Shown here: one piece after another, positions 59,734-64,000 of the stretch
How positions within the stretch are numbered: position 1 is the stretch's first letter
Layout: every line of letters begins with the position of its first letter
From: an alpha proteobacterium MED-G09
GTDB lineage: Bacteria > Pseudomonadota > Alphaproteobacteria > MED-G09
Direction of reading: 5' to 3'
Length of the DNA stretch: 64,000 nt
Assembly: GCA_905182015.1 (NCBI GenBank)
Contig: CAJIZT010000006.1
Location: 19,116-83,115 of the forward strand
Made by a program: the position numbers and the translations under genes
The notes under the pieces: generated by a model
What the model was told of the DNA's origin: nothing
The model's database searches: none
The model's input: only the letters and a program-made list of their open reading frames with translations

Positions 59734-61082
59734 CTTTTTTTCCATTTAGCTTTATTTTTAGAATCTAGAAGAATGTCTTCGGCTCTTAATTTAGAAATAG
59801 TTGATTCTTGTAGGTATTTTAGTGATTTTTTTGCATGAAAAGAAGCCATTTTTACATTTCCTGTAAGAAAATGTCTTTCAGCTGTTGAAAGTTCAGCGTT
59901 TCCTAGGTCATCTATCCCGGAAAATGCTATCGCTAGCTGAAACCAGGTATTAGAATTTTTCTTATCATACCTAAGAGATGATTTAAGTAAATGAAGAGCC
60001 TTGATAGAGCCATTTCTACTTTCCTGAGCATTGAGGGCAGTAGCTAACGCAACCATAAGCAAAGGTTCCTTTGGGCTTATTAATAAAGCTTTCTCATAAG
60101 GTTTAATTGATTCTTTAATTTTTCCAGATTCATACAAAATTTGTCCTTTTAATTCATAAAACCATGGATTCCCAGGGTAGTCGTCTATCATTTTGTTTAG
60201 AATTAAAAGAGACTTCCCTAGGAGTGCCTTTCTATAATAAGCTATTGCCAATGAATAGTTACTTATGATTGAAGAAGATTCTTTATTATTTTTTTTAATA
60301 ATATCGTCTGGGTTATTGAGGAAACCATCAAGTTTCGCTTGGATCATTTTGTATTGGAAAAGAAAATTATCATTATCTTTTTCGTTAATAAATTGAGAAT
60401 TTTTTGCTTTCTGTTCTAGGGACCGTATTCTATCCCTTGATATGGGGTGGCTTCTAACCCTTATACTTTTCTGGCGTGAACTCAAAGCCTCTTGATTTGC
60501 AAATTTATAGAGAACCTCTAGCATCCCATTAGACGATTTTTCTATTTTTTCTAAATATCTAATAGCTGCCTGATCAGCCGCTGATTCTTGGCTACGAGAG
60601 TATTTTGCAACCATACCTTGAGCTATTTGCTGGCTACCTAACAATAAAGCTTGTGCTGCATCGCTATCCCCCGCAATAGCCGCTCCAACCCCCAAAAGAA
60701 GGCCAATTAGCATTGGTGCTTGTGCTTTTTCAAGAGCTTCGTCCGAACGAGCTAAATGACCACCTGCTATATGGCCGGTTTCATGGGCCATAACACCTCT
60801 TAACATCGAAGGTTCTTCAAATGACTGGATTAAACCAGTATTAACAAAAACTTTTTGTCCACAAGCAACAAAAGCATTGATAGATCTATCATTGAATATA
60901 TAAATATCTACAGAATTTATATTAAGATTGGCAGCGCCGAATATTGGACGAGACATTTCCTCAAGAAAGTTTTCTATTTCTGCATCTCTAATTATATTTG
61001 CAAAAGAAGAAATATTAAAAACAATCAAAGAAAAGAAGAAAAATACTTTGTATAAAAATGATATGCGAAAAAAATTACTCAC
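59721..61082 (-). CDS. bepA: M48 metalloprotease with TPRs (BepA/YfgC-like)
   Basis: Signal peptide, IRDAEIE, INAF, HETGH, YSR.QE..AD, SHP...R, C-terminal TPRs. Confidence 0.85.
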   Translation of the reverse strand: MSNFFRISFLYKVFFFFSLIVFNISSFANIIRDAEIENFLEEMSRPIFGAANLNINSVDIYIFNDRSINAFVACGQKVFVNTGLIQSFEEPSMLRGVMAHETGHIAGGHLARSDEALEKAQAPMLIGLLLGVGAAIAGDSDAAQALLLGSQQIAQGMVAKYSRSQESAADQAAIRYLEKIEKSSNGMLEVLYKFANQEALSSRQKSIRVRSHPISRDRIRSLEQKAKNSQFINEKDNDNFLFQYKMIQAKLDGFLNNPDDIIKKNNKESSSIISNYSLAIAYYRKALLGKSLLILNKMIDDYPGNPWFYELKGQILYESGKIKESIKPYEKALLISPKEPLLMVALATALNAQESRNGSIKALHLLKSSLRYDKKNSNTWFQLAIAFSGIDDLGNAELSTAERHFLTGNVKMASFHAKKSLKYLQESTISKLRAEDILLDSKNKAKWKKRCPV

Positions 61083-61125
61083 TATTTATATTAACACAAT
61101 TTACATTATCCAATATTAAATATTG

Positions 61126-63378
61126 TTAACCTTTGCTCCACCATCCAGATTTTTCTTTTTCTTTTTTTGGTTTTTCTTTCTTAGCCTTCTTATCCTTATT
61201 ATCATCAAGGTTGGCACCTATATGGTTAGCATTTTTAGGTGGCGCATCTTTTTTCGGCTTAGCTTTTTCTTTCTTACTTTTCTTTTCAGAGAGAGGAGCA
61301 CCTATATGATTAGCATTTTTAGGAGCCTCATCCTTTTTTAGCAGACTCTTTTCTTTTTTATTACCTAAGTTTTTTTCTTTTTTGTTGTTATTTTCTTCCT
61401 TAGTTTTTTCAGTAACTTCTTTTACCCTAACGTCCTGTTGCTTTTGTTTGAAGTTTTTATTATTTCTTTTTTCTTTAGGGTTTTTATTCTGGGTGTTTAA
61501 TTTATTTTGACTTTGTTGATCAGTAGAATCTTTTTTAGAATCCACTGCTTGTTTTTGGTTATTTTCTCCTGACTTATTTTCATCTTTATTTTTATTTGCA
61601 TCATTAAATACTTTTTTATTTTGACTTTGCTGATTGTTATTTTTATTTTTTCTTCGATTCTTATTATTTTTACCTTGTTTATTGTCCGCTAAATTATTTT
61701 TATTTGGATTATCAGTAATTTTATCAATCTTAATTTCGTTTCCACTGGAGTCAAACGCTTTAATAATACTTTCATTCCCCCTTAATGTTGAATTACCAAA
61801 GAAGTTCACTGATGTCTCTTTTTTTGATTCGAGGTCAATTAATAAATTTCGTTTTTGATTAACCAAATAATTTAATATTTCGTTTGGTATTTCAGCATCA
61901 ATCTTCTTAATATTTTCTTTATTACTCACCTCGCTTATATTTCTCAAAACCTCTAGTGCTCTAGAATCTATTGACCTAACAAGCCCCGTTCCATCGCAAT
62001 GAGAGCAGTTACTGTAAACACCCTCTTTAATACTTGCCCTAATTCTCTGACGAGACATTTCTAAAAGACCAAAAGAGCTGATTTTTCCAACTTGAATTTT
62101 TGACCTATCAGACTTAAGTGATTCTTTTAATTTTTTTTCTACAGATCTTCTGTTTCCAAATTTTTCCATATCAATGAAATCAATAACAACTAACCCAGCC
62201 ATATCTCTGAGCCTTAATTGTCGGGCAATTTCTTCAGCAGCCTCAAGATTGGTTTTGACCGCAGTTTCCTCAATACTGTGATACTTGGTTGAGCTACCTG
62301 AGTTAACATCGATTGCAACTAAAGCCTCTGTTTGGTTGAGGACAAGCGAGCCGCCTGAAGGAAGGTGCACCTGATCTGCATATATTGAGCTAAGTTGATT
62401 TTCGATATTATTTTTTTGAAAAATAGGAGACGTCTCTTTCCATTGTTTAACCTTGACGGCGTGACTGGGCATTAACAATTTCATAAAGCTTTTAGCAGCC
62501 TTATATGTTTTTGCACCTTCTACAAAAATACTTTCAACATCTTTAGTATATAGATCTCTTAGGGTTCTTTGAATTACTCCACCGTCCTCATATATCAAAG
62601 AGGGTGCGTTAGAGGATAGCGTATCCTCTTTAATTTTATCCCATGTTTTTGTTAGGTATGCATAATCTCTTTTTATTTCTGTTGAAGTTGTCTTTGCTCC
62701 GGCAGTTCTTATTATTAAACCCATTTCCGCAGGGACATTTAATTTATCCAATGTACTTTTTAACTTCTTTCTTTCCTGAGAGCTCTTTATTCTTCTGCTA
62801 ACACCACCGCCAGAAGTGCTATTGGGCATAAAAACGCAATATCTTCCCGGTATCGATGTATATGTCGTTATTGCAGCGCCCTTGTTTCCTCGTTCTTCTT
62901 TTACGACTTGTATTAAAAGTATTTGATGTTTTTTTACTACTTCCTGAATTTTATATTTTTTTGTAATATTAATATTTCGTTTCTTGTTTATCTTTTCTAT
63001 CTCATCTATGTCGTCACCACCGATATGCTCTACCTGTGACTGGTCATCGGAATCTTCAGATAAAACTTCAGGTATTTCTTCGGATTCATCAGCAGTTTTG
63101 TTTGCCTTAAGTAAAGCCTCTTTATCCGCAACGGGTATTTGGTAGTAATTAGGATGAATTTCAGAAAAAGGAAGGAAGGCGTTCCTATTGCCTCCGTAGT
63201 CAACAAAAGCAGCCTGAAGAGATGGCTCTACTCTAGTGACTTTAGCTAGATATATATTTCCACGAATTGGGAGTCTTGAGTCAAACTCAAAATCATACTC
63301 TTCTAATCGATTGTTTTTTAATACTGCAACCCTCACCTCTTCTTGGTGGACTGCGTCTATAAGAATTTCGTTTGTCAT
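61126..63378 (-). CDS. rne: Ribonuclease E
   Basis: GNIYLAKV.RVEPSLQAAFV, IDVNSG, DFIDM, Zn-link CSHC.GTG, disordered Lys/Asn tail ending GWW. Confidence 0.96.
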   Translation of the reverse strand: MTNEILIDAVHQEEVRVAVLKNNRLEEYDFEFDSRLPIRGNIYLAKVTRVEPSLQAAFVDYGGNRNAFLPFSEIHPNYYQIPVADKEALLKANKTADESEEIPEVLSEDSDDQSQVEHIGGDDIDEIEKINKKRNINITKKYKIQEVVKKHQILLIQVVKEERGNKGAAITTYTSIPGRYCVFMPNSTSGGGVSRRIKSSQERKKLKSTLDKLNVPAEMGLIIRTAGAKTTSTEIKRDYAYLTKTWDKIKEDTLSSNAPSLIYEDGGVIQRTLRDLYTKDVESIFVEGAKTYKAAKSFMKLLMPSHAVKVKQWKETSPIFQKNNIENQLSSIYADQVHLPSGGSLVLNQTEALVAIDVNSGSSTKYHSIEETAVKTNLEAAEEIARQLRLRDMAGLVVIDFIDMEKFGNRRSVEKKLKESLKSDRSKIQVGKISSFGLLEMSRQRIRASIKEGVYSNCSHCDGTGLVRSIDSRALEVLRNISEVSNKENIKKIDAEIPNEILNYLVNQKRNLLIDLESKKETSVNFFGNSTLRGNESIIKAFDSSGNEIKIDKITDNPNKNNLADNKQGKNNKNRRKNKNNNQQSQNKKVFNDANKNKDENKSGENNQKQAVDSKKDSTDQQSQNKLNTQNKNPKEKRNNKNFKQKQQDVRVKEVTEKTKEENNNKKEKNLGNKKEKSLLKKDEAPKNANHIGAPLSEKKSKKEKAKPKKDAPPKNANHIGANLDDNKDKKAKKEKPKKEKEKSGWWSKG
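61214..61323. repeat. 26-bp direct repeat in the rne 3' region (encodes PKNANHIGA twice)
   Basis: GCACCTATATG[G/A]TTAGCATTTTTAGG at 61214-61239 and 61298-61323; one mismatch, 84-bp period. Confidence 0.9.
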
Positions 63379-63397
63379 TTAATCGTTCTCCAAAATC

Positions 63398-63465
63398 TGG
63401 AAGAGAAATAATATTACATTGTTTTGTATCGATATTTTTCATTGATTTACTGCTACACTCTTCCA
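63398..63465 (-). promoter_or_regulatory. Putative stem-loop in the rne 5' leader
   Basis: TGGAAGAG(63398-405)/CTCTTCCA(63458-465) inverted repeat with further internal pairing, just upstream of the GGAGA RBS. Confidence 0.45.
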
Positions 63466-63535
63466 AGTATTTAATTTTTAAAAAAGAATGGAATTTGGAA
63501 GTTTGTTTTAATTTCGTGCATAACTACCTTATCCA

Positions 63536-63551
63536 TTAATAATTTGTTAAC
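63536..63551 (+). promoter_or_regulatory. CtrA-box-like TTAA-N7-TTAAC in the divergent rne/amiC region
   Basis: TTAA TAATTTG TTAAC. Confidence 0.35.
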
Positions 63552-63670
63552 TATCGTATAAATTTAAATTAGATTTATACATTTAATTAGGGTAAAATTA
63601 TTTACCTTGTTTACTTTTACATTTCATTTAATAGCTTTGGCAAGGATGTAATCAAAATAATTATAAACAT

Positions 63671-64000
63671 ATGATTTTCTTAAAAAAAATATCAAAAATT
63701 ATTATCCTCATTTTTCTGGCATGGAATCCCCCGTTTGCACTCTCTAATGATACCGTTAATGTATCAAAATTACGCATTAGCTTAATCCAGGATGGTGCAA
63801 GAATATCCATTGATACCGATAAAAACCCGACATATGAAGTTTTCTCATTACAGAATCCAAGCCGACTCGTTGTGGATTTGGCGAATGCAAGATTCTCTAA
63901 AGATTTTTCTTTTCCGGCAACGAAGGGACTTATAGATGGAGTTAGGTTTGGGTCGTTTGACGGGGAGGTTTCTCGTATTGTTTTTGATTTGAAGTTACCT
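63671..64000 (+). CDS. amiC: N-acetylmuramoyl-L-alanine amidase, N-terminal AMIN domain, truncated by the window edge
   Basis: Hand translation from ATG 63671: signal peptide, then ...VFSLQNPSRLVVDL...G.IDGVRFG.F....SRIVFDL; divergent from rne as in other alphaproteobacteria. Confidence 0.8.
   Translation, partial: MIFLKKISKIIILIFLAWNPPFALSNDTVNVSKLRISLIQDGARISIDTDKNPTYEVFSLQNPSRLVVDLANARFSKDFSFPATKGLIDGVRFGSFDGEVSRIVFDLKLP

Noticed and set aside
61214-61323. CRISPR-like repeat pair
   Set aside because: Only two copies, in frame within rne, 58-bp spacer and no cas genes.
3456-61858. The many 60-125 aa ORFs nested in or antisense to recognised genes (e.g. 3524-3895, 17569-17922, 21494-21832, 31381-31737, 61123-61341)
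   Set aside because: They overlap well-supported genes, have the biased composition of shadow frames and show no recognisable domains.
1-64000. tRNA, rRNA, IS/integrase, prophage, defence systems
   Set aside because: No spacer has the size or GC-rich structure of a stable RNA gene, and no ORF carries transposase, integrase, phage or defence motifs.

Overview
This window comes from the chromosome of an AT-rich (roughly one-third GC by eye), very tightly packed, streamlined alphaproteobacterium. Gene order and content suggest a marine oligotroph, possibly of the PS1/Parvibaculales type (inference only). There are two parts. (1) About 1-21.2 kb is an accessory-looking lipid and carbonyl catabolism region: an ABM protein, a saccharopine-dehydrogenase-like reductase, SDRs, FAH, a stand-alone CitE, a Cys-insert ferrochelatase, MAPEG, an alkenal reductase, a Baeyer-Villiger monooxygenase, an NMO/FabK-like flavoenzyme, an esterase, DUF1295, a spinster MFS, pimC-pimD-crotonase-pimC and an ACAD10/LvaA-like kinase. 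(2) About 21.2-64 kb is the conserved alphaproteobacterial core: purD, xseA, bamB-der, purF-cvpA-mlaFE-dnaB, rplI-rpsR-rpsF, fabDG-acpP-fabF-gmk, rsmA-pdxA-surA-lptDGF, pepA-holC-ndk, purNM, hda, rnd, aspS, accCB-aroQ, rne and amiC. Several genes that usually sit in these blocks appear to be cleanly absent. I found no tRNA, rRNA, CRISPR array, IS element, integrase or prophage. The best leads are the putative oxidised-lipid/hydroxy-acid catabolic system, an unannotated 40-aa ORF, the [2Fe-2S]-type HemH, duplicated motifs in the RNase E tail and its structured 5' leader, a perfect DnaA box upstream of dnaB, and a large loop insertion in LptD. All family assignments are by motif recognition; no searches were run.
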